A stretch of DNA of 64,000 bases from Sedimentisphaerales bacterium (GCA_040772485.1 JAXGYC010000007.1:896001-960000), one strand, 5' to 3'. Counted from the first letter of the stretch, positions 10,513-20,108 are shown. Numbers and translations are program-made. Notes: generated from the sequence alone by a model not told the origin.

Positions 10513-12387
10513 TTAGGGGGTTTCGGCGCGCAGCTTCCAGAGCCAGGTGCTGTCTCGGCGTCGAATGGCCTCGATGGACAAGATGTTGCGGGCGCGCTGG
10601 ATGGTTCGCCAGGAGAATCCGGCGGCTTCGGCTTCTTCGCGGATCTCGGCGGTGGGAACGGGTCCATCGGCGAGCAGGTCGGCCAGCCAGGATTGGGCTT
10701 CGTCGCGGGCCGGACGGTCGCGAGCGGACTCGGCGCCGGCGGTTTCGGCGGCGAGGGCATCGGTGGCGGTCATGTCTACCGCTTCGGTCTGCCAGCAGAC
10801 GGCGGGCGGGTCGCCGGCGATGGTGAAGGCCAGGCCCTGGCCCTCGGCGGCCAGGTTGTTCTTGCCCGGCAGCAGCAGGCGCCGGTCGCGGTCCTTGGGG
10901 TCGCGGATCAGATGCCAGACCGAGCGGGCCACTCCGGTGAAGGCCCGGCTGCCCAGGGCCAGGTCGTCGGCGTGGGCGACGGCGGCGTTCTTGCGTCGGT
11001 GGGCCACGAGCAGCACCGCCGGACCGTACTGCTCCGCCAGCCGGGCCACAGGGTCCAGCAGCAGCCGCACGTCGCTGTCGCGGTAGGAGTCGGTCCCGCT
11101 GCCCAGGTACGAGCCGATCGGGTCGACCACGACCAGCCGGCAGTCCGGGTGCATCTGGAGACACCGCTCCAGCGGCTCGATGTCGTTCAGAGTGAACGCC
11201 GCGTCGTAGGTGCGTCCCTCGGCCGTGGTCCGCCGGACCATCGACAGCAGGTGCGTGCGTCGCACATCCGCCCCGTGGGCATCCAGACGCGGCCGCAGCG
11301 TGTCGGCCGGGTCGTCCTCGGCGCAGATGAAGATCACCGAGCCGCTGACGCCCTCGCTGCCGTCGGGCCAGGGCCGGCCCGTCGAGACCCGCGCCGCCAG
11401 GTCGGTCGTCAGGAAGCTCTTGCCCTCGCCCGGACGGCCCACCAGCAGCGTCAGGCGGCCTATCGCGATCCGCCCCGGCCACAGCCACCGCACCGACGTC
11501 GGAACCACGTCGGCGAAGCACTGGAGGATCGGCACGCTCGTGGCGACGTTCGTACTGACCCCGGGACGCGTTGCCTCGTTTGTAGTGACGCCGTAAGGCG
11601 TTATCCCGTCTGTGGTTGGGTATGCCCCTTTCGGCAAGGGCGAGGCATGCCTCGCCCCTACGGGCGCACCGCAAACCGCCGCCGCCTCGACCAGGGCCGC
11701 CAGCGTATTCTGTCGTTCCTCGACGCTCGGGCCGGCGTTGACCCAGTCGAACAGATCGCCGTTGGGCTCCAGGCCGGGCAGCTCGACGATCCGCACGCGG
11801 GCCGGCGGATAGAGGCTTTGCAGGATCTCCGCGACGGTCTGCACGTAGCGACGGCCCGCCTCGTCGTTGTCCGGCAGCAGCACGACGTCGCGTCCGGCCA
11901 GAGGACGCCAGTCGGCCTTGGCGGCGCTGCCGCTGCCGTGCGGGCTGGTTGTGCCCAGCAGCCCCAGCAGACCGGCGGCATCGGCCACCTTCTCGCCCTC
12001 GCCGACGTAGACCGTCTCGTCCGACCGGGCCAGCAGAGCCGGCAGGTTGTACAGCGGACGCGGCACAGCCATCCCGCCGATCCGCCAGCGCCCATCCGGC
12101 CCGCGATGGGCCGGCCGAATTTCTTTGCCCTGCGGGCCGTCCCATCGCAGGATCAGGCCGGCCGGATCGCCGACGGCGTCGAAGTACGCCCACTGCCGAG
12201 CCCGAGGGCCATACTGCCGCTCCAACGCCGCCACCGCCTCGTGGGCCGTCTCGAACGACTCGGCCCGCCGCCTGCCGTCCGCCCGGCCCGAAGCCCTGGC
12301 AGACCCCTGGCGCAAGCGGCTCTCGATGCGACACAGCTCGCGCCTGGCATTGGCCTGTTTCGGGTCAAGTCTGATGGTCATATTCAT
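10513..12387 (-). CDS. Toprim primase-like plus AAA_25/RepA-type ATPase protein
   Basis: PLYNL, VYVGEGEK and LLPDNDEAG (Toprim); GRPGEGKS (Walker A); LVVVDP (Walker B). Confidence 0.85.
   Translation of the reverse strand: MNMTIRLDPKQANARRELCRIESRLRQGSARASGRADGRRRAESFETAHEAVAALERQYGPRARQWAYFDAVGDPAGLILRWDGPQGKEIRPAHRGPDGRWRIGGMAVPRPLYNLPALLARSDETVYVGEGEKVADAAGLLGLLGTTSPHGSGSAAKADWRPLAGRDVVLLPDNDEAGRRYVQTVAEILQSLYPPARVRIVELPGLEPNGDLFDWVNAGPSVEERQNTLAALVEAAAVCGAPVGARHASPLPKGAYPTTDGITPYGVTTNEATRPGVSTNVATSVPILQCFADVVPTSVRWLWPGRIAIGRLTLLVGRPGEGKSFLTTDLAARVSTGRPWPDGSEGVSGSVIFICAEDDPADTLRPRLDAHGADVRRTHLLSMVRRTTAEGRTYDAAFTLNDIEPLERCLQMHPDCRLVVVDPIGSYLGSGTDSYRDSDVRLLLDPVARLAEQYGPAVLLVAHRRKNAAVAHADDLALGSRAFTGVARSVWHLIRDPKDRDRRLLLPGKNNLAAEGQGLAFTIAGDPPAVCWQTEAVDMTATDALAAETAGAESARDRPARDEAQSWLADLLADGPVPTAEIREEAEAAGFSWRTIQRARNILSIEAIRRRDSTWLWKLRAETP
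11548..11661. repeat. Composite REP insert (family B half-copies plus family A) inside the primase-ATPase linker
   Basis: GTTTGTAGTGACGCCGTAAGGCGTTA at 11578 matches the reverse complement of the right arm of 63668-63725; 11634-11661 is identical to 14536-14563. Confidence 0.85.
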
Positions 12388-12597
12388 ATCCTTTCTCCCA
12401 ACCAGGTCCGGCGGGCCCCGACGGCCCACACGGCCGCCTCAGGGCAGCATTGTCTATCAACCATATTTCCGAAAGATTGTACTCGACCACCCATATCCGT
12501 CCAGGCTTTTTGTTGGATATTTTGTGATCGTTTTGGTGCAGGTGCGCTAAACCAAACACACATCGGAGGTTATGAGACCTGATGGAAAACAAATAAT

Positions 12598-12675
12598 TGT
12601 AGATTTCCGATTGCCGATTCGCCTCCGCACGCCAAATCCTCAATCATCACTCCGGAATCCGCAATCCCCGATCCG
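12598..12675. repeat. Degenerate GATTGCC/CAATCCG heptamer inverted repeat
   Basis: GATT recurs at 7-nt intervals, followed by AATC at 7-nt intervals. Confidence 0.6.
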
Positions 12676-12684
12676 CCCTCGCCC

Positions 12685-13539
12685 CTACGGGCGGCGGTAC
12701 TTGCGGTCCATCAGGATGATGACTTTCTCGTGCATCGCGGGCGGCAGGGCCTTCTTGAGCATCTTGCGGACCTCGCCCATGGGCGTGCGGGCCGTCAGGT
12801 GGGAGATGATGACGTGCTCGTTGTCCAGGTGGCCGAGCAGGCCGGCGAGCTCGTCGACGTGCATGTGCCGTCCGGCGCTGGCCCGGCCGATGTGCTCGTC
12901 CTCGTAGAACGTACACTCGGCGATCAGGATCCGGCTGCGGACGACGTAATCGAGCTGGGCGAAATCGACGTACTGCGTGTCGCCCAGGTAGGTGACGATG
13001 GGGATCTCCACGGGATTGTCGATGGCGATCCCCTGCTTTTTGAGCTCGACGATCTGGGGACCGGTCAGGCCGGCGTACTCGGCCTTGAGCTTCTTGCGCT
13101 TTTCCAGGACGGTGAAGCCCACCGAGCCGGCGGTGTGCCGGGTGGGAAAGGCCCGGGCGAAGAGGTTGGGCTTGATCGCATATTCATCGCCCGGCCGCAC
13201 GCCGACAAGATTGGCGGGAATGCGGTTGCCGTCGAGCCGGCCCCAGGAGTCGAGGATCTCCTCCATCGTCCGGACCAGGTTGGCCGGCGCCAGGATCGTG
13301 CCGGGCGCCATCCCGCAGAATTTGCGCTGCGAGAGGTAATAGGCGAACCCCGCCGAATGGTCCATGTGCCCGTGCGTCAGCAGGACGTGGCCGATGGGGA
13401 TGATCTGGTCGGGGGCCTTGCCCACGTCGAAGCAGACGTCGAGCTGGGGCAGCGCGATCACCGTCTCCTCGCCGGCCACCGAGTAGCCGAGGACCGTGAG
13501 ATCGCCGAGTTGTATCTCTGACAAGTTGTGACTGGACAT
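12685..13539 (-). CDS. MBL-fold metallo-hydrolase (RNase Z-like)
   Basis: THGHMDH, YLGDT, IAECTF and IISH motifs. Confidence 0.85.
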   Translation of the reverse strand: MSSHNLSEIQLGDLTVLGYSVAGEETVIALPQLDVCFDVGKAPDQIIPIGHVLLTHGHMDHSAGFAYYLSQRKFCGMAPGTILAPANLVRTMEEILDSWGRLDGNRIPANLVGVRPGDEYAIKPNLFARAFPTRHTAGSVGFTVLEKRKKLKAEYAGLTGPQIVELKKQGIAIDNPVEIPIVTYLGDTQYVDFAQLDYVVRSRILIAECTFYEDEHIGRASAGRHMHVDELAGLLGHLDNEHVIISHLTARTPMGEVRKMLKKALPPAMHEKVIILMDRKYRRP

Positions 13540-13542
13540 TCG

Positions 13543-13633
13543 AATTTACGATCTATGATTTACGATTTATGATTGAGCCACGCCCGAGGCGTACGAGGCC
13601 AGATAGTAAATTGTAAATCGTAAATCGTAAATC
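13543..13633. repeat. GATTTAC/GTAAATC heptamer inverted repeat
   Basis: About 4 units, a spacer, then about 4 reverse-complement units; fills the divergent intergenic gap. Confidence 0.9.
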
Positions 13634-13638
13634 CCAAA

Positions 13639-14466
13639 GTGCCTGACAAACGAGAACATCGAGGACCGCATCCGGCCGATGCGACGCTGTTCGCGGCCGA
13701 CAAGCTGCCGGCGCTGCGCGAGGCGCTGGCGGATTTCTCGCTGCTGTTGAGCAAGGGCTACGCCGACAAGAGCGCGCTGAAGCTGGTGGGCGACCGCTTC
13801 GGCCTGACGCAGCGGCAGCGGCTGGCGGTGATGCGATCGGCCTGCTCCGATGCGCAGAGGCAGTCGCGGCTGTCGCGTCGGGTCGAGATCGGCGCGCTGC
13901 CCGGCCGGACGCTGGCCATCGATGGGTACAACCTGCTGATCACGATCGAGGCGGCCCTGAGCGGCGGTCTGATCTTTCGCGGCCGGGATGGGTGCTTCCG
14001 CGACCTGGCCAGCATTCACGGAACCTACCGCAAGGTCGAAGAAACGATCCCGGCCCTGACGCTGATCGGCGCGTTCCTGGCCGAGATCGGCGTCGCCGGC
14101 GCATGGTGGCTGCTCGACAGCCCCGTCTCCAACAGCGGCCGTCTCAAGACGCTGATCGACAACCTCGCTCGGGACCACCACTGGCCCTGGCACGTGCGTC
14201 TGTCGCTGAATCCCGACGCCGAGCTGCGTGGCCAGTTCACAGTGGACAGTTCTCCGTTCCCAGCCCCCCGCCAACTTTCAACTGACAACTGGGAACCGCC
14301 AACTGCCAACTGCCAACTGAAAACTGTCAACCGCCAACTGCCTCCCGTCGTCGTCACCACCGACAGCGTCATCCTCGACGCCTGCGGCCAATGGACCAAC
14401 CTCGCCGCCGAGATCATCACCCGCCGACGCCCCGACGCCCTCGTCATCGACTTGGCCTGTTCGTAG
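13639..14466 (+). CDS. DUF434 domain protein with in-frame repeat insertion
   Basis: HRGPHPAD, IDGYNLLIT, DGCFRDLA, LDSPVSNSGRL and TTDSVILD. Confidence 0.85.
   Translation: MPDKREHRGPHPADATLFAADKLPALREALADFSLLLSKGYADKSALKLVGDRFGLTQRQRLAVMRSACSDAQRQSRLSRRVEIGALPGRTLAIDGYNLLITIEAALSGGLIFRGRDGCFRDLASIHGTYRKVEETIPALTLIGAFLAEIGVAGAWWLLDSPVSNSGRLKTLIDNLARDHHWPWHVRLSLNPDAELRGQFTVDSSPFPAPRQLSTDNWEPPTANCQLKTVNRQLPPVVVTTDSVILDACGQWTNLAAEIITRRRPDALVIDLACS
14233..14340. repeat. CAGTT/CAACTG heptamer inverted repeat inside the DUF434 CDS
   Basis: 108 bp (36 codons) of CAACTGC-type units. Confidence 0.85.
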
Positions 14467-14766
14467 TGTGCTCGTAAGAGCATAAAGACCATAGCGTCTG
14501 GCGACGCCACTACGAACAGCGCCTGTCGCATGCCCGCAAGGGCGAGGCATGCCTCGCCCCTACCCGGCGATGGCGTGCCACGTGCCAACAACAGGGCTGT
14601 GTGTTGGCACGTGGCACGCCATCCCATCCGTGTTGATGCCTGAACGTAGCTGAGGTGAATGGCACTGCCGGCGTCTCCGCGCCGCCATGACTTCGGATTG
14701 CGGTTGGGCGGGTCAGTCTTGCGACAGGTACTGGCCGATGAGTGCGCCGGCGGCCTTCTCGGCGAC
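14459..14766 (+). repeat. About 300-bp direct repeat, copy 1 (family B, A and C palindromes plus a relic of the hydrolase 3' end)
   Basis: Near-identical to 15702-16020. Confidence 0.93.
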
Positions 14767-14975
14767 TATGCGGGCTTCTTCTGTCTTCGGATGATTTCTG
14801 CCAGTGACCTCAAGGCCTGATTCACCGAATCATGGTCGGGGAAAACCTCCGCCACATCGGGGTCGATGACCACGACATTCGTTCCTTCGGCATAGCGTTG
14901 TGCGTATTTGCCCTGGACACCTTTGCTGAAATCATACTCTTCAAGCATGTCCGGATCTTCTGGCATTCTCTTCAT
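14766..14975 (-). CDS. Antitoxin of the type found downstream of BrnT toxins
   Basis: DMLEEYDFSKGVQGKY...IDPDVAEVFPDHDSVNQALRSL. Confidence 0.75.
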   Translation of the reverse strand: MKRMPEDPDMLEEYDFSKGVQGKYAQRYAEGTNVVVIDPDVAEVFPDHDSVNQALRSLAEIIRRQKKPA

Positions 14976-14995
14976 ATTGCGTTCTTTCTTTTTTG
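14941..14995 (-). pseudogene. 3' remnant of a BrnT-type toxin
   Basis: Overlapping frame reads KKERTQYEE, typical of BrnT C-termini; the upstream part is replaced by a repeat. Confidence 0.5.
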
Positions 14996-15048
14996 AGTGT
15001 GCCCGTGAGGGCATACAAACCATAGCGTCTCACGACGCCACTACAAAC
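14992..15048 (+). repeat. Family B palindrome (GTTYGTAGTG...CACTACRAAC), near-complete copy
   Basis: AGTGTGCCCGTGAGGGCAT shared with the 63668 copy; CCATAGCGTCT...GACGCCACTAC shared with the 14459 copy. Confidence 0.85.
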
Positions 15049-15079
15049 AGTGCCTGCCAGCCGAAAGACACACAGTCAG

Positions 15080-15397
15080 TCATCGCTGCAACGGAGGGCC
15101 GCAGCCTCGACTGGTGTGCCAGAGAGCCAGAATCTCGATTGCCTTACGCGACATGTCCAATCGATAGTAGAGGTAATAGCGAATACGACTCAGATGGATA
15201 CGACGAACGCCCGCGAGCCTTGCATTGGCTGCTTTGGCGCCGATGCCGGCCTGGATGGAGATGAGGTCGAAGGCTCGCGCGATTTCTTCACGGAAGGCAT
15301 CCGGGGCCTTGGGCCGATTCGCCGTCCACCACGTGGATGCCGTGGCAATCTGATCCGCAGCACTCCGGACGACCCGAATGGGGAGCTTCCGGCTCAA
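15080..15397 (-). CDS. RelE/ParE family toxin
   Basis: 105 aa; RRIHLSRIRYYLYYR...IEILALWHTSR; overlaps the upstream antitoxin. Confidence 0.8.
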   Translation of the reverse strand: MSRKLPIRVVRSAADQIATASTWWTANRPKAPDAFREEIARAFDLISIQAGIGAKAANARLAGVRRIHLSRIRYYLYYRLDMSRKAIEILALWHTSRGCGPPLQR

Positions 15398-15615
15398 GCC
15401 GACTCCCGTAGCTTGCGGAGGAGTTGGTCGGCCGTGATCGTCTCGCCTCGGTCGGCTTCGCCCATGGCGGCCAGCAATGCCGCCTCCGCCTCCGAATCCA
15501 GGACGAACGTCTCATCCTGCTCGGGCGCCAGCACGGTGACGGTGCAGCCTTCCTCTAACGGCTCACCTTCGACGACGATCCTGCCTTCAATTACTTTCCC
15601 GCTGACGATCTTCAT
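15394..15615 (-). CDS. Putative antitoxin
   Basis: Acidic 73 aa, EADRGETITADQLL; TTGACC-N17-TACCAT just upstream. Confidence 0.7.
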   Translation of the reverse strand: MKIVSGKVIEGRIVVEGEPLEEGCTVTVLAPEQDETFVLDSEAEAALLAAMGEADRGETITADQLLRKLRESA

Positions 15616-15701
15616 GCCCGTATGGTAGCAATTGCGGCCGTCGCGGTCAAGCGATTGGGCGACGCGATTACTGACTTCCCGGCGGGGGCGAAACGAGGCC
15701 C

Positions 15702-16020
15702 GTTCGTAGTGTGCTCGTAAGAGCATAAAGACCATAGCGTCTGGCGACGCCACTACGAACAGCGCCTGTCGCATGTCCGTAGGGGCGAATCATGATTCGC
15801 CCTTGCCGGCGATGGCGTGCCACGTGCCAACAACAGGGCTGTGTGTTGGCACGTGGCACGCCATCCCATCCGTGTTGATGCCTGAACGTAGCTGAGGTGA
15901 ATCCCGCGGCCGGCGTCTCCGCGCCGCCATGACTTCGGATTGCGGTTGGGCGGGTCAGTCTTGCGACAGATACTCGTGGATGAGGGTTGCGGCGGCGGTG
16001 TCGGCGGCTTTTTCGGCGAC
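15702..16020 (+). repeat. About 300-bp direct repeat, copy 2
   Basis: Matches 14459-14766 and includes the true 3' end of the serine hydrolase gene. Confidence 0.93.
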
Positions 16021-17112
16021 GGGGCCGCCGGCGTTGGTGCAGACGACGACCGCGAAGTCCTTCTTCGGTGCGATCCAGATGACGGCGTAGAACATCGTGT
16101 TGGAACCGGCGTGCGTCAGGACCGTGCCGTCGCCCCATGAGCGATGGGTCGCCACCCATCCGAAGGCATATTCGCTGTCGGAGGCGAACGGCGCGTGCAG
16201 TCTCTCGAACGTCTCGGGGTGCAGTAGGGGCGACGCATGCGTCGCCCTTTCGCCTCGCGCGCCCGCCAACTGCCAGGCCGCGTATCTGGCGAAGTCGCCA
16301 ATGCTACAATGCACCGTCCCGCCCGGACCGATCGCGGCGGGATTGTCCGCGTGCAGGCCCGGCGCAACCGGCTGGAACGTGCCATCCTGGCCGGCCTTGT
16401 GCCCCCAGGGCTGGTCCACTGTGTCAACGCTGGCGGGCGCGCCGAACCCCGCTGAGGTCATGCCAAGGGGCACGAAGAGCCGCTCCCGCAGCAACTCTTC
16501 CCAAGGACGGTCGAGCGCCTCTTCGATGGCGTGACCGATAAGGGCATAGCCCCCATTCGAGTAGACGTACTTCGTGCCGGGTGGCGCCACGGGCTTGTGC
16601 TTCGTGAGCAGTTCACGCGCCAGGTACTCGCGCTGCGCACGCGGCGGCTGGTCGGCGCGCTGCCAGAGCCGACCCCACAAGCCGTCCGCATCCAGATCGC
16701 CGGGCGCGCCGCCATGATGCGCGAGAAGCTGCTCCAGCGTCACATCGCGCCACCCGGCCTGCATCTGCGGCGCCAGGTCAGGGAACATCTCGGCCAGCGT
16801 CATGTCCCATCGCAGCGTGCCGTCCTCGACCAGCATGGCGGCCAGCGCCGCAGTCATCGACTTGGTGCATGAGCCGATGTGCCATTTGTCGTCCAGCGTC
16901 ACACGCTCGGATGAGCCCTCCTTGCGAACGCCGACGACGCCGATGGCGACCGTGTCGCGACCTTTCACCACCGCCGCCGCCAAGGCCGGCAGCCCGTTCG
17001 CCTCGCGGATCGGTTCCAGCACGGTGTCCAGCGAAGCCGGTGCCGGGGCTGCCCTGCTCGCAGCCAGCAGAAGGAGCGCGACACAGACTGGATATGCCCA
17101 GCGTCCCACCAT
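15955..17112 (-). CDS. Secreted serine hydrolase (beta-lactamase/PBP-like family)
   Basis: IGSCTKS (SxxK), YSN and HAGS; signal peptide. Confidence 0.9.
   Translation of the reverse strand: MVGRWAYPVCVALLLLAASRAAPAPASLDTVLEPIREANGLPALAAAVVKGRDTVAIGVVGVRKEGSSERVTLDDKWHIGSCTKSMTAALAAMLVEDGTLRWDMTLAEMFPDLAPQMQAGWRDVTLEQLLAHHGGAPGDLDADGLWGRLWQRADQPPRAQREYLARELLTKHKPVAPPGTKYVYSNGGYALIGHAIEEALDRPWEELLRERLFVPLGMTSAGFGAPASVDTVDQPWGHKAGQDGTFQPVAPGLHADNPAAIGPGGTVHCSIGDFARYAAWQLAGARGERATHASPLLHPETFERLHAPFASDSEYAFGWVATHRSWGDGTVLTHAGSNTMFYAVIWIAPKKDFAVVVCTNAGGPVAEKAADTAAATLIHEYLSQD
16224..16248 (+). repeat. Family A REP inside the serine hydrolase CDS
   Basis: Identical to 8595-8619; translated as RATHASPL. 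Confidence 0.9.
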
Positions 17113-17118
17113 GTCAGG

Positions 17119-17796
17119 TCAGTCCACAAGCTCACGAAGCGCGGCGAGGTCGATCTCTTCGAGCGAATCACAGATCCGGTCGGCGCCGGCCAGTTCTTTG
17201 GCGGGCACGGTGTTGGTCACGGCGACGCACCTGGCGCCGGCGGCCCTGGCGGCCTGCACGCCGCTGGGAGCATCCTCGAACACGATGCAGCGCTGTGCCT
17301 CCATGCCCAGGCGACGAATGGCGATCAGAAAGATCTGCGGGTCAGGCTTCTTCTTCGTGACCTCGCTGCCGCTGACATAGACCATCTTCTGATGCGGCAC
17401 CTTCACCGCGTCGAGAATCGCCTCGGAAAGCTCGCGTGTCGCCGACGTCGCGATGGCCAGCCGGAAGCCGTTTTCGCCCAGAGCCGAACGGATCAGGTCC
17501 AGAACGCCCGGAAAGGCCGGCAGCCCCTCGGCGCGAACCGCTTCCGTCAGGTACTGCTCGCGCAGCTCGGCCCCAGCGTGGGCCTGTGCGTCGCTCAGTT
17601 CCAGGCCATGGACTCTGGCGCCGGCCTTGACAAACGCCTCGGCCCCCTTGCCGTACCCTGCGGCGAAATCCTCCGGCCGGACACCCTGAAGCCCGAACAT
17701 CTCCGCCAGCACGCGGATCGTCACTCTCGCGTTCAGCGGTTCCGTGTCGGCGATGAGCCCATCGACATCGAAAATCAGACCGTACCCCTGCTTCAT
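17119..17796 (-). CDS. HAD family phosphatase (beta-PGM-like)
   Basis: IFDVDGLIADT, KKPDP and VFEDAPSG. Confidence 0.92.
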   Translation of the reverse strand: MKQGYGLIFDVDGLIADTEPLNARVTIRVLAEMFGLQGVRPEDFAAGYGKGAEAFVKAGARVHGLELSDAQAHAGAELREQYLTEAVRAEGLPAFPGVLDLIRSALGENGFRLAIATSATRELSEAILDAVKVPHQKMVYVSGSEVTKKKPDPQIFLIAIRRLGMEAQRCIVFEDAPSGVQAARAAGARCVAVTNTVPAKELAGADRICDSLEEIDLAALRELVD

Positions 17797-17921
17797 CCAT
17801 CGACCCCTAGAGCCAGACTCGAAAGGGTGATATCATAGCATTCCAGGGCATTGTCGCCACCCTTTTGTCCCTCGGGCAGGGACTTGCATCAGCCCATCTG
17901 GAGTCGAAATGAGAATTGCCT

Positions 17922-17947
17922 TAGACTAAGGCCGATACCTGCGGTGT
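17922..17947 (+). promoter_or_regulatory. Putative ECF autoregulatory promoter TAGACTAA-N15-TGT
   Basis: Same motif and spacing upstream of all three tandem ECF genes. Confidence 0.7.
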
Positions 17948-17995
17948 CTTAGTGGCGACCGTCGTTCGTTCCGGAACCGAAGAGGCCGATTGTCG

Positions 17996-18538
17996 ATGTT
18001 CGAAGAGAAGCTCTGGCTGTGGAAGCTGCGGCATGGCGACGCCGAGGCGTTGCGGAGCATCTATGACCGGTACAAGCATGAGATGCTCGGGCTGGCGGTC
18101 TCACTGTCCGCAGACCGGACCGCAGGCGAAGATGCCGTACACGATGTCTTCATCTCGTTCGTGCGGCGAGTTCCGCAACTGCGTCTGAAAACGAGCCTGC
18201 GAAGCTATCTGCTCAGTTCGGTGGCCAACCGCGTGCGAAACGACCGACGGAGTGGACGGCGCCATCCGCCGCCGGCTGCGGAGACCGAACCAGCGGTCTC
18301 GGATTCACTGCGGCCGGACCGGATCGCCGTCCAGGTCGAGCAGGGCGCGCTGGTCGAGCGGGCCATGGCCGAGCTTCCGTACGATCAGCAGGAGGCCGTC
18401 ACTCTACACCTCCAGGTGGGAATGACGTTTCGCGAAATCGCCGAGTCGCAGGGCGTATCCATCAACACGGTCCAGAGCCGCTATCGCTATGGGCTGGAAA
18501 GACTTCGTTCCCTGCTGGATGAGAAGGTGACACCATGA
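17996..18538 (+). CDS. ECF sigma factor (module 1)
   Basis: EDAVHDVF; SINTVQSRYRYGLERLR. Confidence 0.93.
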   Translation: MFEEKLWLWKLRHGDAEALRSIYDRYKHEMLGLAVSLSADRTAGEDAVHDVFISFVRRVPQLRLKTSLRSYLLSSVANRVRNDRRSGRRHPPPAAETEPAVSDSLRPDRIAVQVEQGALVERAMAELPYDQQEAVTLHLQVGMTFREIAESQGVSINTVQSRYRYGLERLRSLLDEKVTP

Positions 18539-19752
18539 AAGACCGCAATGAATTCGAGAACAGCCTCCGCGACTTCTGTCGGACGCGCCACGCGGCTACA
18601 CGGACCACGCCGCCGTTCGATGAGAAGGTTGTGGACGACGCCTTGGCCGCCCAGCGACAGACGCAACCGAAGCGATCCCGCCTCGCGGGTTCAGGAGTAA
18701 GGAGAATCATGATGCACAGCAAACTCACCGGACTGACGGCTGCGGCCGTTGTCACTATCGCCGCCATCGTCGGCATCGTGGTGTTCCACGAAGGGGCCAC
18801 CCCGGCCTATGCGGTCGAGCAGACCGTCCGAGCCATCAGAGACATCAAGACCGTCTACATGAAAGGCGAATTCTACTTACAGGGCCAGTTCGAATGCTGG
18901 ATGCGATTCGATGGTAACCCCGACCGGCCCACCCACGTCTGGCTGGGCCGCGAAGGCTACCCGATGGCGAAGATCTGCTCGCCCGACGGCGTCTTCGGGC
19001 TGAACAACCGCACCAAGCGCGTCCACTTCGCCACGCGCGACGAGCGAGGCATGAGCTGGATTCCCAAGTTCGGCAGCTTGTTCAAAGACAGCCTCCGACA
19101 GGCCGGGGCGGGTGACGCCATCCAAGTCAGCGACGGCAACGACGTGATCACGATCCGCATCGCGACGCCGCAGCGCGAGCAGGAATTTCTGGTCGATGCC
19201 CAGAGCAAGCTCCCGATCCGTTTCACGACCGTGCGCGACGACGAGCCCATGGAGATGATGCGAAGAACGCTGGCCGTCAAGAACCTGGCGGAGATCCGCT
19301 ATAACGAGGAGCCGCCCGCGGGCATCTTCGCCAAACCCACCGACGCGATCGTGGTCGAGCAGGAGGTTGATTGCTGGGTCGATCCTGATTCCGGACTGGA
19401 CGTGGGCCAGATGTCCCACGAGGAGGCCTGTCGGGAACTGGCCAGGCAGGCGTGCCAGGCGATGATCGACCTGGACGAGGCCAAGCTCGAGAGCCTGGCA
19501 TTGTTCTTCCGCCTCTGGCCCTCGTATCTGTGGGAACAAGTCCGCCAGATGAAGGAAGCCGGCCAGTGGGTGCAGAGCTACGAGATCACGGGCGAGCCCT
19601 ACCCCGAAGGCGACGTCTGGTTCCTGCCCACCGAGCTGAAGATGGCCAACGGCAAGACCGAGACCCAGACCATCATGATCAAGTTCTACGACTTCGACGG
19701 CCAGAAGCACTGCTTCTCCATCGGCTCGAAGGAAAAGGGTGTTGTCGACTGA
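18535..19752 (+). CDS. Putative anti-sigma factor with TM helix and LolA/RseB-like extracytoplasmic domain
   Basis: ATGA overlap with the sigma gene; one TM helix; VDAQSKLP...YNEEPPAGIF. Confidence 0.7.
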   Translation: MKDRNEFENSLRDFCRTRHAATRTTPPFDEKVVDDALAAQRQTQPKRSRLAGSGVRRIMMHSKLTGLTAAAVVTIAAIVGIVVFHEGATPAYAVEQTVRAIRDIKTVYMKGEFYLQGQFECWMRFDGNPDRPTHVWLGREGYPMAKICSPDGVFGLNNRTKRVHFATRDERGMSWIPKFGSLFKDSLRQAGAGDAIQVSDGNDVITIRIATPQREQEFLVDAQSKLPIRFTTVRDDEPMEMMRRTLAVKNLAEIRYNEEPPAGIFAKPTDAIVVEQEVDCWVDPDSGLDVGQMSHEEACRELARQACQAMIDLDEAKLESLALFFRLWPSYLWEQVRQMKEAGQWVQSYEITGEPYPEGDVWFLPTELKMANGKTETQTIMIKFYDFDGQKHCFSIGSKEKGVVD

Positions 19753-19880
19753 CGTCGAGTTCACCCCACTCGCATAGCGTGAGTATCAGACGCACGTATC
19801 CGGATGGGCGGCGGGTGGCAGCGTCAAGCCCGCAGGCTTGGGTATGGTGGAACCCGCAACTCACATCATCCGTGCCTCAT

Positions 19881-20108
19881 TCAGCCGCCCGCTGCCATCA
19901 GGGCCCGTTGCGCTTCCTCGGGCAAGTCTATGGGGGCGAACATGGAGGCGGGGTAGAGATAGCCATCGGGCTCGGACTTGTCCTCGTCCACAACGCGAAG
20001 CATATTGTGAGTCTCGGCGTCCGAATCCGGCAGGATGCGATAGACCTTGCCCAGAATCAGGCTCGCCGGATTGCTTTCGTTGTCAATGCAGATGACGAAT
20101 CGACTCAC
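19881..20108 (-). CDS. Small acidic conserved hypothetical protein (putative antitoxin/immunity)
   Basis: ICIDNE...SLILGKVYR...LRVVDE...YLYP; ATGA-coupled to the upstream gene. Confidence 0.75.
   Translation of the reverse strand: MSRFVICIDNESNPASLILGKVYRILPDSDAETHNMLRVVDEDKSEPDGYLYPASMFAPIDLPEEAQRALMAAGG

Noticed and set aside
14459..16020. CRISPR array or integron attC cassette array
   Set aside because: No regular repeat-spacer period, no cas or integrase gene, and the palindromes recur singly elsewhere, including inside genes.
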